A DNA stretch of 63,627 nucleotides, the filler included, from Octopus bimaculoides (taxonomy: Eukaryota): NCBI RefSeq assembly GCF_001194135.2. It is 6 parts of 6 records of this genome, joined end to end, with 100 filler letters (N's around TTAATTAATTAA, not from the genome) between each part and the next. Parts side by side here need not be neighbours in the genome. Positions count along the whole stretch, not along the records: positions 49,201 to 59,924 come from NC_068987.1; positions 60,025 to 61,575 come from NW_026304835.1; positions 61,676 to 63,627 come from NC_068986.1; 3 more parts are not named here. One strand, written 5' to 3'. The notes under the pieces were generated by a model. The model made no database searches. It worked only from the letters and a program-made list of their open reading frames with translations, and had not been told where the DNA came from. The position numbers were made by a program, and so were the translations under genes. Of this stretch, positions 52,803 through 63,627 are shown piece by piece (positions within the stretch are counted from its first letter, which is position 1; every line of letters begins with the position of its first letter).

Positions 52803-52950
52803 AGAATCAAGAAATCTGCATAAAGTGGAAGTAGACGTCTTCAAAACGGAACTGGACATCCTCCACTCCGAAATACTAAATGAACCAACAGCCCGACATG
52901 AGGTGCAGACGAGGGCAGCGGAATCAAACTCCCTTATACACCAAATGAAG
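52803..52950 (+). mobile_element. CR1-group LINE extreme 3' fragment
   Basis: RNLHKVEVDVFKTELDILHSEILNEPT..RAAESNSLIHQ, the same motif as the ends of the 22706 and 26880 elements. Confidence 0.7.
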
Positions 52951-53073
52951 CAGCAGCAGGGGTAAAGGCACATACTCCTGTATGTGCCTTTGAGGAAATC
53001 AGAAACACCATGGTGGTGCTCCAGCATGACCACAGTCGCAGGGCTGAAACGAGTAAAAGAATAAAAAAATATA

Positions 53074-53207
53074 TACAGGGTGATTCAAAAGTCGCCATAC
53101 ATAAGAACAATTTATTTTTTTATAAGAAGCAGTTTATTTTTTTTAACTGTTCCTTATAAAAAAAATAAAATTTTCCTATGTATGGTGATTTTTGAATCAC
53201 CCATGCA
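53074..53207. mobile_element. Tc1/mariner-type MITE, almost entirely a hairpin
   Basis: TAcagggtgattcaaaagtcgccatacata ... tatgtatggtgatttttgaatcaccc. The inner arms tttatttttttataagaagcagtt and aactgttccttataaaaaaaataaa also pair. Confidence 0.75.
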
Positions 53208-53328
53208 TATAATTTGACAAGAGCGACGCCTTCAAAGTCACTGTCACCACTCTTCATATAAAGTATTAAAAATTTGTGCTGTACAAAGAGTATTGAGTAA
53301 TCCTTCAGTTTAATGTAAGAATTATTAA

Positions 53329-53361
<33 letters not shown>

Positions 53362-53558
53362 GACTTGATATAAAAACTATCATGGAATGTGTACAAGGTG
53401 CATTCCGGAAGTTTTGAGACTTTTCCTTGAGAAGCATTAATTTCGAAGAAGTACGAAACATTAATTTCCTTCAAAGTAGGATCATTTGACTTCAATACAC
53501 CTGTTGTGACGCGTAGGTGATATCAGATGATGAACTGTGCTGCACCTAATCAGTTAAG

Positions 53559-53645
<87 letters not shown>

Positions 53646-53650
53646 GTAGG

Positions 53651-53685
<35 letters not shown>

Positions 53686-53731
53686 GTAGATAGATAGACA
53701 GATAGCCCAGTGCCCTTGCATTGTTGTTATA

Positions 53732-54444
53732 GCATTAATGGGATCTATTTTAAAACGGGGGCCACAGTATTTTCTTAACGAAACACTTTGAAACTTGGAA
53801 CACTGGTAGAATGTGTCATATAAAACATCTTTTTCTCTCAGTCTTCTTAAAAAAAAAAAGAAATCCCTAAGTCATTCCATGTTAAAGTTGTCGTATTTCT
53901 GTAATTTCAACCCATCACTGACGTCCATTGAGCCGATATACATTAAGTGCCGACTACATAAACAAACGATTCTGAAACAATTCTATCGGTGATAAAATTA
54001 TTTCCTTGNNNNNNNNNNNNNNNNNNNNNNNNNNNNNNNNNNNNNNNNNNNNNNNNNNNNNNNNNNNNNNNNNNNNNNNNNNNNNNNNNNNNNNNNNNNN
54101 NNNNNNNNNNNNNNNNNNNNNNNNNNNNNNNNNNNNNNNNNNNNNNNNNNNNNNNNNNNNNNNNNNNNNNNNNNNNNNNNNNNNNNNNNNNNNNNNNNNN
54201 NNNNNNNNNNNNNNNNNNNNNNNNNNNNNNNNNTAAACAACTGAATACTTGTCAGTGATTGGTTGAAATTATCGAAATAAGACAATTTTTTACATGAAAT
54301 AAATTCGAATACAAAAATATTTTTCTGTTCTATAACACAAAATAGATAAGTATACGAAGTTTGAAAGTCTTTCGGTACCAAAAACACTACGTAAAACATT
54401 AATGAAAACTGTGGCCCCCGTTTTAAAATAGATCCCATTAATGC
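53732..54444. mobile_element. MITE with a perfect 37-bp terminal inverted repeat (internal N gap)
   Basis: gcattaatgggatctattttaaaacgggggccacagt (53732-53768) is the exact reverse complement of 54408-54444. Confidence 0.85.
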
Positions 54445-55312
54445 ATATTTCTATTAAGTAAGACCTAAGAAAATATGATTAAACGTACTCACAACGGACA
54501 GATTGAAACGCTACTTGTTACAGAGTATGAAAGGCTAGTGTTACTAACGACTGTAGTGTTACTATCGTCTGTAGTGTTACTAATACAGTCTTACCAGTGA
54601 ACTAAGTGACAATCGTTGTTTTGATTAGTATTCTTCGTGTGAATATTCTTTAAGGCATACAATTTCTTATGTTCTTTGATATTCATCCAACTTCGATCTT
54701 TTTATTATCTATTTTCGTTGTCACGGAGAAACGATCGTCTGTAATAATTTCATATTATTACGTATCCTTTCTTTTATTGATTTTTCTCAGACAACTATGA
54801 GGTTACGTTGCAGTGTTCCACAAGAATTTACGAGAATACAAATATGAAAACCTAATCAAATGAAAGTCAGTTTTATTAATCTGAACATAGTAAGGCAGTG
54901 ACCTGGCAGAATCGTTAGTACATCGGACAACCTGCTTAATGGCATTTCTTCCGCTCGGCTCAAATCATGTTCTGGGCTTAAATCCATGCCATTCTCCACG
55001 ACTACAGCAATGTGACGGGAGAAAATCAACGTAATTGACTCTCCCTCTCTGCATCACATCGTTAGTCTTGAACCAAAAGTTAAAACCATGATTTTGAGCC
55101 TAATTTTTTTGTTTTGACACAATTGGCAGCAGCAGAAGAGCACCAGACTAGAGTCATCGCAGAAATTATCTCTCTCTTTTCATTTTCTCAGTTGATATGA
55201 TGCGAGAACGATTTTGGTTTTCCTCTTTCGGTGTGTTGATAAAATAAATATGTGATGAAGACGATGACAATAGAGTCTCCTCTTCTTAACAAATTTGAAT
55301 TCTTACAATAAT

Positions 55313-55672
55313 AATACATTTAACTTGCTTCAGTCACTGGACAGCGACCATGTTGGGGCCCCGCCTTCAAGAGTTTGGTCGAAGAAATCGTCACCAGAAC
55401 TTAAGTCTCATACTTGTTAGATCTCTTCGGCAGAGAGACACACAAGTCAACACCGGTTGTTAAGCGGTGGTGGTGGACCGACATTCACACACACACATAT
55501 ATAGACAGGTTTCCCACAGTCTCCATTTGCCAAATACTCTCACAAGGTTTTAGTTGGTCAGGGGCTGTTGTAGAAGACACTTGCTCAAGGTGCCACGCAG
55601 CGGGACTGAACCGGAAACTCCAAGGCTGCAAGACAAGCTTCCAACCCACTCAGCAATACTCTCACCTATCCA
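55313..55672 (-). mobile_element. SINE family 2, diverged
   Basis: cttgcttcagtcactgg..catgttggggccccgcc..(CA)n..agaagacacttgctcaaggtgccacgcagcgggactgaacc. Confidence 0.7.
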
Positions 55673-56499
55673 TACATGCGCTTATATAATATTTAATCAT
55701 CAAATGAATGAGAAAATTTACCTCATTTTGAGCATACACACAAGCTTAGACAAGATTATTTGGAAATATCTAAACTCGGAACTAAATCATCAAAACAGTC
55801 ACTAAACCCCATTCTCCACATCTTTTGTTGCTTCTCCGCCAGTTTCTGACGCCATTAAATACTGCAGCAGTTCTTGAAAATTAAAAATCTAATTCAAGTA
55901 GATTGAATTTGAGCCACATGAATATTGAACATGTTGCCAGCATGTGTAAATTCTTGGTTTGTCTTTTTTACGTTAGAAGTAAACCAAAACTATATTTGAT
56001 ATTCCTTGCGTGTCTGTGTGTCTTCATGGAGATTACGTATAATAAATATAAAACACACAAACAGAAGTGTTAACCTGAACAATAAAAAAACATTGTTACA
56101 AATAACGTTTGTCTTTTTTATCTTTAAAAAGGAACGAATGTTTACACCGTCTGTTTGTCTATGACAAGAAAATATAGACTTAATACATAATTATTCAGAA
56201 TTCTGTTCTGTGTTAAGAAACTGCACTAAAATATGTCAGTGTTTCGTGCAAATTAATGTCCATTTATTTTTTAATTAAAACTAATTCCTTTTGAAATGTA
56301 AAGTGCACACAATTACACACTCCTTTAATATAAATATGGCTACTGTTATTAATTGCAAATCAAAGATATGAAAAGTGATTTACTTTATTGTTTTATCGAA
56401 ATGAAAGGTGTGTTGTCTATCACGTTCACAATTTTTTTCTCCAGACTGATGACGTCAATTCAGTTGATAATGGACTTGAACTTAAGTAAAGTTATGTTT

Positions 56500-57150
56500 C
56501 TAGGGAAAAGTTGATTTACAAGACTTACAGTTGTAGAGTAGCGGTTGAAGCAAATATTTTTTACACAAAGTTAAGGGCTGAGACGCAGTTTAGATGATGG
56601 TTAAGAGGAGGAAGGCAACTACATCAGATGGACTTGAGAAGAAATTGGTATACTGATTGTTAGTTTAGAAGAGCAGAAATGTTTTTCCATCGATAGAAAT
56701 AATGAAAGAACGAATGAACGGAAGAAAGAAAGGAAAAGGAACACTTGATGTGTTGACCAGAATTTGCAGTCATTTTTCTGAGTGAACATAGGCATCCGTT
56801 GGAGGTAAAAGCTTTGTTTCCTTATGCTTAATCCCGCCATCTAACGGTGAGAAGAGGTAAAGACTACGAAATGTCGGGAATGTCTTTCTAGTTTAAGAGG
56901 CCGGAATCAGAAGGTTTGTTGTGAAAAATGACTGATTAGATGAGGCACAGTTCATCAATTAATATTACCTAAGACTTTAAGCAACAGGTGTACTGCTTCT
57001 TCGATCTGTTTCTTCCTATCGATACATCATCTCTTCTCAAGTAGCATTCAATAAGCCACTTTCTTCCTCAGTCCACGTGATGCAGCCAACTCTTTCCTCT
57101 AAATGTCTACATTCTGAATCGAAAGACAGATAAACGTTTATCTGGACAGA
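56500..57150 (-). mobile_element. Possible very old CR1/L2-type relic
   Basis: Weak nucleotide resemblance to LINE RT 3' regions (ctgctcttctaaact, ctcttaaactagaaag). No clean protein motif. Confidence 0.25.
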
Positions 57151-57199
57151 AAATCATTGAATAAACTTGTCTAGGAAGAAGCAAGAACTTATTCAAAAG

Positions 57200-57555
57200 G
57201 AATGGTTGTGTGGTAAGTAGCTTGCTTACCAACCACATGGCTTGGGTTCAGTCCCACTGCGTGGCACCATGGCCAAATGTCTTCTACTATAGCCTCGTGC
57301 CAACCAAAGTCTTGTGGGTGGATTTGGTAGACAGAAACTGAAAGAAGCCCGTCGTATATATATATATATGTATATGTTTGCGTGTTTATGTTTGTCCCCC
57401 ACCCGACCATCGCTTGACAACCGATGCTGGTGTGTTTCTGTGCCCGTAACTTAGCGGTTCGGCAAAAGACGTCAACAGAATAAGTACTAGGCTTACAAAG
57501 AATAAGTTCTGGGGTCGACTTGTTCGCCTAAATGACTGAAACAAATATAAAAAAG
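57200..57555 (+). mobile_element. SINE family 2, near full length
   Basis: Head tgtgtggtaagtagcttgc..gggttcagtccc; core ggcacc.tggccaaatgtcttctactatagcc; internal (TA)n; 3' module ending tgactgaaacaa. Confidence 0.85.
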
Positions 57556-57908
57556 AAAGAAAAAAGTAACTGGTAAATTCCAACCAGACCCAAGATATTT
57601 GCAGCTTTTTTTATCTATTTTTTAATTCTTTTGTTTTCGCTTTCTTGGGAGTTGGACGAGGAATCATTGTTCTTCTAAAGTGCATGTGACAGAAAACTAA
57701 TGTAATAAAGAATGTATTTTTTCTCTAGCAAATCTATATTTTGTTACTTTGGTTTTTATGATGTTATTACTCCCAAAGCAGAGAACGCTGCTCATGAATG
57801 TTGCATTAACCGTTAATTATATTATACAGATTTTTTTTTTTTCGCATTTACACCACGAATCACTAAAATATTGGCATGGGGAATCATCCAATATTCATAT
57901 GTTCATAA

Positions 57909-58419
57909 GGCGGCGAGCTGGAAAGAAACGTTAGCACGCCGGGCCTAATGCTTAGCAGTATTTCGTCTGTCTTTACTTTCTGAGTTCAAATTCCGCCCAG
58001 GTCGACTTTGCCTTTCATCCTTTCGGGGGTTGATAAATTAAGTACCAGTTGCGTACTGGGTCGAGCAACTCGACCCCAGAATTTGTTTTTTGTAAGCCTA
58101 GTATTTATTCTAAGTTACAGGAACGTAAACACACCGGCATCATTTGTCAAGTGATGTTGGAGGATTAACAGACACACAAACATGTACACACACATACACG
58201 CATATCTATATACATATTCGCCATGATGGATCGCTGACCACTACATTTATATTTTTTTTCTCCTTGTTTCTCTCTTTATTTCTTTCTGTGTTCCTTTCAG
58301 TTGAAGAGCGTAGCTCGAAACGTCAAAGACTTTCTCTATTCCCGAGCGTTAAACTAATACATCCATTTGTTGTTTACACCACCTGTCTTCGTCTGTTGTT
58401 TTTTTCGTAAATTCTCCCA

Positions 58420-58474
<55 letters not shown>

Positions 58475-58660
58475 GACGGGCTTCTTTCAGTTTCCGTCTA
58501 CCAAATCCACTCTCAAAGCTTTGGTCGACCCGAGGCTGTGTTAGAAGACACTTGCTCAAGGTGCCACGCAGTGGAACTGAACCCGAAACCATGTGGTTGC
58601 TCATCAAACTACTTACCACACAGCCACTCCTGCGCCTATGCGTATATAATACTTCGATCA
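57909..58660. mobile_element. Nested SINE cluster: family 1 (+) truncated by family 2 (-), which hosts a PLE-type 3' fragment
   Basis: 57909-58062 is family 1 head and body. 58065-58200 and 58470-58640 are the family 2 halves. 58233-58425 is a T-rich PLE-like end. Confidence 0.7.
58294..58328 (+). ncRNA. Degenerate hammerhead-like motif
   Basis: CTTT-CAGTTGA-A-GAGC(gta)GCTC-GAAA-C-GTC-AAAG. Stems I and II are perfect and the triplet is GUC, but the core is CAGUUGA instead of CUGAUGA. Confidence 0.45.
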
Positions 58661-58972
58661 CTAATCAGTACGTGTATTGTCTTTCTGTTTGTGCATTTAT
58701 TTCATTCTAAATGCAATTTAAAGTAAATGAAAACTTCGAAATTAATTTTGTTCCTAATGAAATAAAAAAAACAATTGCTGTTTTGTACCATATTATGCAG
58801 AACAAAGTTGCGTCCAGATACTGGTGTCATCTCGAATTCATATGGTCCTAAAATAGCGAGTTGAAAGGGCTTACTGCACCCTCTTCTAAACCCCAACCTC
58901 CAACTACATCAATGTGAGTGAATATTTCCCAGGGATTCGGATTGCCTTTATCAATGCAGCATGTAATGAATC

Positions 58973-59403
58973 TTTTCTACTCCAGGCACAAGGCCCGAAA
59001 TTTTGGGGGAGGCAGGGTCAGTCGATTAGATCGACCCCAGTGTGTAACTGGTACTTAATTTATCGACCTCGAAAGGATGAAAGGCAAAGTTGACCTGGGC
59101 GGAATTTGAACTCAGAACGTAAAGACAGACGAAAAACCGCTAAGTATTTCGCCCGGCGTGTTAACGTTTCTTATTTCTTTACTGCCCACAAGGGGCTAAA
59201 CATAGAGGGGACAAACAAGGACAGACAAAGAGATTAAGTCGATTACCATGACGCCAGTGTGTAACTGGTACTTATTGAATCGACCCCGAAAGGATGAAAG
59301 GCAAATACGACCTCGGCGGAATTTGAACTCAGAACATAAAGACAGACGAAAAAACCACTAAGCATTTCGCCGGGCGTGCTAACGTTTCTGCCAGATCGCC
59401 GCC
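58973..59403 (-). mobile_element. Tandem pair of family 1 SINEs with different 3' tails
   Basis: 59171-59403 (tail ..gtttagccccttgtgggcagtaaagaaata) runs directly into a head-less copy at 58973-59170 (tail ..ggccttgtgcctggagtagaaa). Confidence 0.8.
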
Positions 59404-59717
59404 TTACGGTATGAAATGAATGTGCAACAACTGGTCTATTCCATATATATATTAACATTACTCTTTGAGTTTCACTTGGATTTTATAATTCACTCTTTGA
59501 GTTGCACTTGAGTTTCGTAATTCGTGTAATCGAATACGTGACTTTCTCGCTTAAAAAACTGGAAAACCGTCAAAAATAATTTACTTCATATCTTTCGTTT
59601 CTAAATTCTTATAATACAAACAGTTAAAATTGGTCTGGAGTTTCATCCGATACTGGAGTAATAATGTCACTGTAACTCAAATATTTCAGGCTATATTTAG
59701 AGAACGCTAAGAGATAG

Positions 59718-59915
59718 GCGCAGATGTGACTGTGTAGTGTTAAGTTTGTTTCCCAAACTCATCGTTCCGGATTCAATTCCACTACGCGGCTCATTGGACA
59801 AGTGTCTTCTATCTTAGCCTTGGGCCGACCAAAACCTAATGTGTCCAATGACTGAAATAAGCATTATGGGTGGAATTGGGAGATGGAAACTGAAGAAAAG
59901 CTTGTCGTATATATA
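59718..59915 (+). mobile_element. SINE family 2 5' half, diverged
   Basis: ggcgcagatgtgactgtgtagt..ggattcaattccact..caagtgtcttcta..gggccgaccaaa..gaaactgaagaa. Confidence 0.6.
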
Positions 59916-59968
59916 TATATATATNNNNNNNNNNNNNNNNNNNNNNNNNNNNNNNNNNNNNNNNNNNN

Positions 59969-59980
59969 TTAATTAATTAA
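59969..59980. other. Assembly join spacer
   Basis: 44 N + TTAATTAATTAA + 44 N. Confidence 0.95.
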
Positions 59981-60024
59981 NNNNNNNNNNNNNNNNNNNN
60001 NNNNNNNNNNNNNNNNNNNNNNNN

Positions 60025-60345
60025 TGAGTGAGCCTCCGTGTTCTTGCTCAGCGTGCTGGTACAGAACTGATGAGATCTTCTCTTCTTTAAGTTCCCTCCA
60101 ATGTCCATTTACCCGCTCTCCTATGCTCCGTGCTGTTTCCCCTACATATGTCGTTGTCTTGTTACTGCATCGTCTCTCTGTACATCTTATACTATAGACC
60201 ACGTTTCTGGCTTTACAGTTTGTTTGTGGGCTAAATCTACATACAGTACAGTTCCTATCAGTGCAAGGGGTTCTACTAAAAGGGTAGGTTCTACTCATAA
60301 GGGATTTGATAGGGTTGCCTAGCCTTTCAACAACCTTAATTACCA
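60025..60345 (-). mobile_element. Second PLE lineage: Cys-rich linker + GIY-YIG endonuclease fragment
   Basis: IKVVERLGNPIKSLMSRTYPFSRTPCTDRNCTVCRFSPQTNCKARNVVYSIRCTERRCSNKTTTYVGETARSIGERVNGHWRELKEEKISSVLYQHAEQEHGG, open with no stops. Confidence 0.85.
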
Positions 60346-60560
60346 GTAGTCGTAGTAGTGATGATAGTGGTGATGGTGGTAGTGGTGGTAGTAGTAGTGG
60401 CAGCATTGGTGATGGTGGTGGTGATAGTAATAGTAGTGGTGGTGGTGGTGATAGTAATAGTAGTGGTAATGATGGTGGTGGTAATAAACGTGGCAATAAT
60501 GATGGTAGTAGTAGCAGGGTGGATGGTGGTGGCAGTAACAACAGTAATAGTAGTAGTGGT
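60346..60560 (+). repeat. (GGT/AGT/GAT)n trinucleotide low-complexity tract
   Basis: Directly visible. Confidence 0.85.
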
Positions 60561-60633
60561 TATGAAGAAGATAACCCCAGAAGGGCCAACATGAATACTA
60601 ACCTCCTACGTGACAACATTACCCTTTTAAGGT

Positions 60634-60664
<31 letters not shown>

Positions 60665-60858
60665 AGAGAGAGAGAGCATGAGAGAGTGAGAGAGAGAGCA
60701 TGAGAGAGTGAGAGAGCATGAGAGAGTGAGAGAGCATGAGAGAGAGAGAGAAAGTGAGAGCGAGAGCATGCGAGAGTGAGAGAGAGAGAGAGAGCGAGAG
60801 TGAGAGAGAGAGAGAGAGTGAGAACATGAGAGAGAGGGAGAGAGAGAGTGAGAACATG
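60634..60858 (+). repeat. (GA)n-derived minisatellite with GAGAGCATGAGAGAGT-like units
   Basis: Directly visible. Confidence 0.8.
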
Positions 60859-61135
60859 AGTTCTTCTCCTGTGCTCTTTGACAGCATCAGTTCACCAACT
60901 TCTTCTCTCTCCAACATGTCTGACATTACGAACCAATCACTTCTCACAGACGCTGCTATTCAACCGAATCCTTCCATCAGTCGCTTCTATAACAACAGTT
61001 CTTCTTCAGTGGATGTCTTCAATTTCTACAAGGTAAGTCAACGGCAACTTCTTCTTCTATGGATTCCTTTTTCTTTCATCTCTTCCCCACCTTTCCACTC
61101 GCTACAAACATCAAACTCACCTTCCACCAGCATCT

Positions 61136-61138
61136 ATC

Positions 61139-61169
<31 letters not shown>

Positions 61170-61575
61170 CTTCTTCTTCTTCTTCTTCTTCTTTTTCTTC
61201 TTCTTCTTTATCATCATCGTCATCATCATTGTCATTGTCATCGTCGTCTTCCTTTCTTTTTCCTTCTTCTCTTTCTCCTTCATGTTATTTCTTTCTTTCT
61301 TTCTTTCTTTTTTCCTTCTTTCCTTCCTTCTTTGTTTCTTTTTCTTTCTGTCTTTCCTTCCATCCTTCCTTCCCTTCTTCTCCTTCTCCTTCTTCTTCTT
61401 CTTCTTTTTCTTCTTCTCCTCCTCCTCCTCCTCCTCCTCCACCCTCATCGTCATCACCATCCTCGTCGTCGTGTCGTCGTCTTCTTTTTTCTTCCCCTCT
61501 TCTTCTCCTTTTCCTTCATTTCCTTTCCTTCTTTCTCTCCCTTTTCTTGCTTTTATTTCTTCCTTCCTTTCTTCC
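61136..61575 (+). repeat. (CTT)n/(CAT)n/(CCT)n polypyrimidine tract
   Basis: Directly visible. Confidence 0.85.
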
Positions 61576-61619
61576 NNNNNNNNNNNNNNNNNNNNNNNNN
61601 NNNNNNNNNNNNNNNNNNN

Positions 61620-61631
61620 TTAATTAATTAA
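61620..61631. other. Assembly join spacer
   Basis: 44 N + TTAATTAATTAA + 44 N. Confidence 0.95.
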
Positions 61632-61741
61632 NNNNNNNNNNNNNNNNNNNNNNNNNNNNNNNNNNNNNNNNNNNNAAGAAAAGCTCTACGTTGTAATTTG
61701 TCCATTTTCTGTATTTAGCCCTGATATCTATCTACCTATCC

Positions 61742-61841
<100 letters not shown>

Positions 61842-63627
61842 GTCTATCTATCTATTTGTCTCTTTGTCTGCCTATCTCTCTTCCTCTCTCTCTCTCTTTC
61901 TATCTATCTGTCTGTCTGTCTGTCATCGCCCCATCTCTTTATCTCCCAACTCATTTTCCGAATAGAATGCCAAACAACCACCTAATCACCCCACTAACCG
62001 AGCCAGCTGCCCAACCGGCCAACCGGCCAGCCGTCCAGCGGCCAGCCGGCCAGCCCGTCAGCCAGCTATCCACTTTACGTTGCACGTCATTCAGCACCTG
62101 CATAGACCTTCCCAGAACATATTATCACACACAATCGTAGCGAGACGACCACTTCCGCCTGTTACGCTGGTCGTTTCCGCTGGATTGCTTTAGTCAAAAC
62201 TCCACCCATTTTAACGTTGTACCCTCCACTCCAGTACCATCACCACTTATACATACACAAGCACCTACACATGGCATATACACACAAAGACAGACAGACA
62301 GACAGACAGACACATATGTGTAGACGTGCAGACATACGTATTCAGACTGGTAACCAGAGAGACAAACAGATAGACAGAAAGCCAGCTAGACAGGCACACA
62401 CACAGACGCACACAAACACGTACACAGCATGCATGCACATTAAGCACATATACACGCACAAACGCTCCACCCTGTTTCCTCACGCCACTTACAGACAAAA
62501 CACACGTGTGTATATAATGCATGCACAAACTCCAATTACACATACCATTCAAATAAGCATTTACACATGCAGTCACACACATACTGTGACACACACACAC
62601 ACAAACACACACACACATACACTCATACGCAAAGCTTATCCTGACCCCTTATATTACTCGTAGACACACGTAAACATATACAAATTTATATATACAGATA
62701 CATATACACACACACACATAAACTGCACCGCTTATTTAGAACTTCTCACAAATACCCATATGATCAGATATACATAGGCTAACCTCAGTTTCCTTGACCA
62801 TCTCCAGGTATGGTCATCTAGAGAGTTCTATGATGACCATCTTCTTCAATTGTGGACCCTTTGATGATTGTAGTTCGTAAAGAACAGCAGCAACGGAATA
62901 TGCAACCGCCCGGACGACTGAAGAAACAAGACTGCTACCGGCCATGCTACACCTACCGTGTGTCTTCATGGACGAAGAAAATACGGAAGTGGTGTTATTT
63001 CATTGTTGTAGACAGCCACGATATCACGACTACCGCAACGATAACGACCAGCGCCTGAGATCCAGGATATATGGCCAACACCGAAGAAAATAATCTACAC
63101 AATAATTCATTATAGTGGTTTTAGGAGTTCGCATTTCCCGTTATCTTCATTATCTTCATCGTGAAATAGATAGATCAAGTGTTATGGGTGACTCTAGACG
63201 AGTGGTACTCCTTCCCGGCTGCAGTCTGTTTGAAACTACCTGAAGATCATCGTCACAGCTATTTTCTGTCTCATTGTGTACTCTCTAGAATTTGTCTTAC
63301 TAAACGCAACTGCAAGATAGAGAGACAGAGAGGTTGCCTTCATCACAAAAAGAAACCCTATCCAGCCTTCTCCAAGACAAATGTTCCAACAAGAACTAGG
63401 GGTCAATCACTCACAGAGTGACCTTACAATACACTCGTGCATCATCTCGGGTACTTCTATGCCCTCAGACTCTAATGCTAGATGTCTTTTTTACCTTATT
63501 CTGGTTTCAGCCGTCCTTTTGACAGGCCATGTTTTTTTTTTTATATTACTCAATTTTCTAGCAATTGACCCCCACCCACGAGCTTAGTCTAGTGAAGGGT
63601 TTCAGTTTTGTCACCGCTGACCTGACC

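Noticed and set aside
60306-60635. Gly/Ser-rich ORF, and the poly-Phe/Leu/Ser ORFs at 60736-61630
   Set aside because: They are products of trinucleotide and GA/CT repeats.

Overview
AT-rich, microsatellite-dense animal genomic DNA. The SINE, LINE and MITE repertoire points to a cephalopod, most likely Octopus; this is an inference from repeat style, not a database result. No intact host gene can be supported, and almost all listed ORFs are microsatellite or N-gap artefacts. The window is a stitched scaffold: five fixed 100-bp spacers (44 N + TTAATTAATTAA + 44 N) join independent pieces. The recognisable content is transposon-derived: two Penelope-like element (PLE) loci plus a second PLE lineage, R4/Dong-like, CR1, Tx1/L1 and RTE LINE relics, mariner relics, MITEs, a non-autonomous Helitron and at least four tRNA-derived SINE families. 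Four observations stand out. (1) A PLE carries a Ulp1/C48-like (SUMO-type) cysteine protease domain upstream of its RT. (2) Minimal PLE-type hammerhead ribozyme motifs occur in three unrelated sequence families, one of them a tRNA-headed, hammerhead-tailed short element in head-to-head arrangement. (3) A 5'-inverted RTE shows twin-priming geometry, with a 17-bp TSD and a near-seamless breakpoint. (4) An R4/Dong-like LINE appears to be inserted in a (TACA)n microsatellite.
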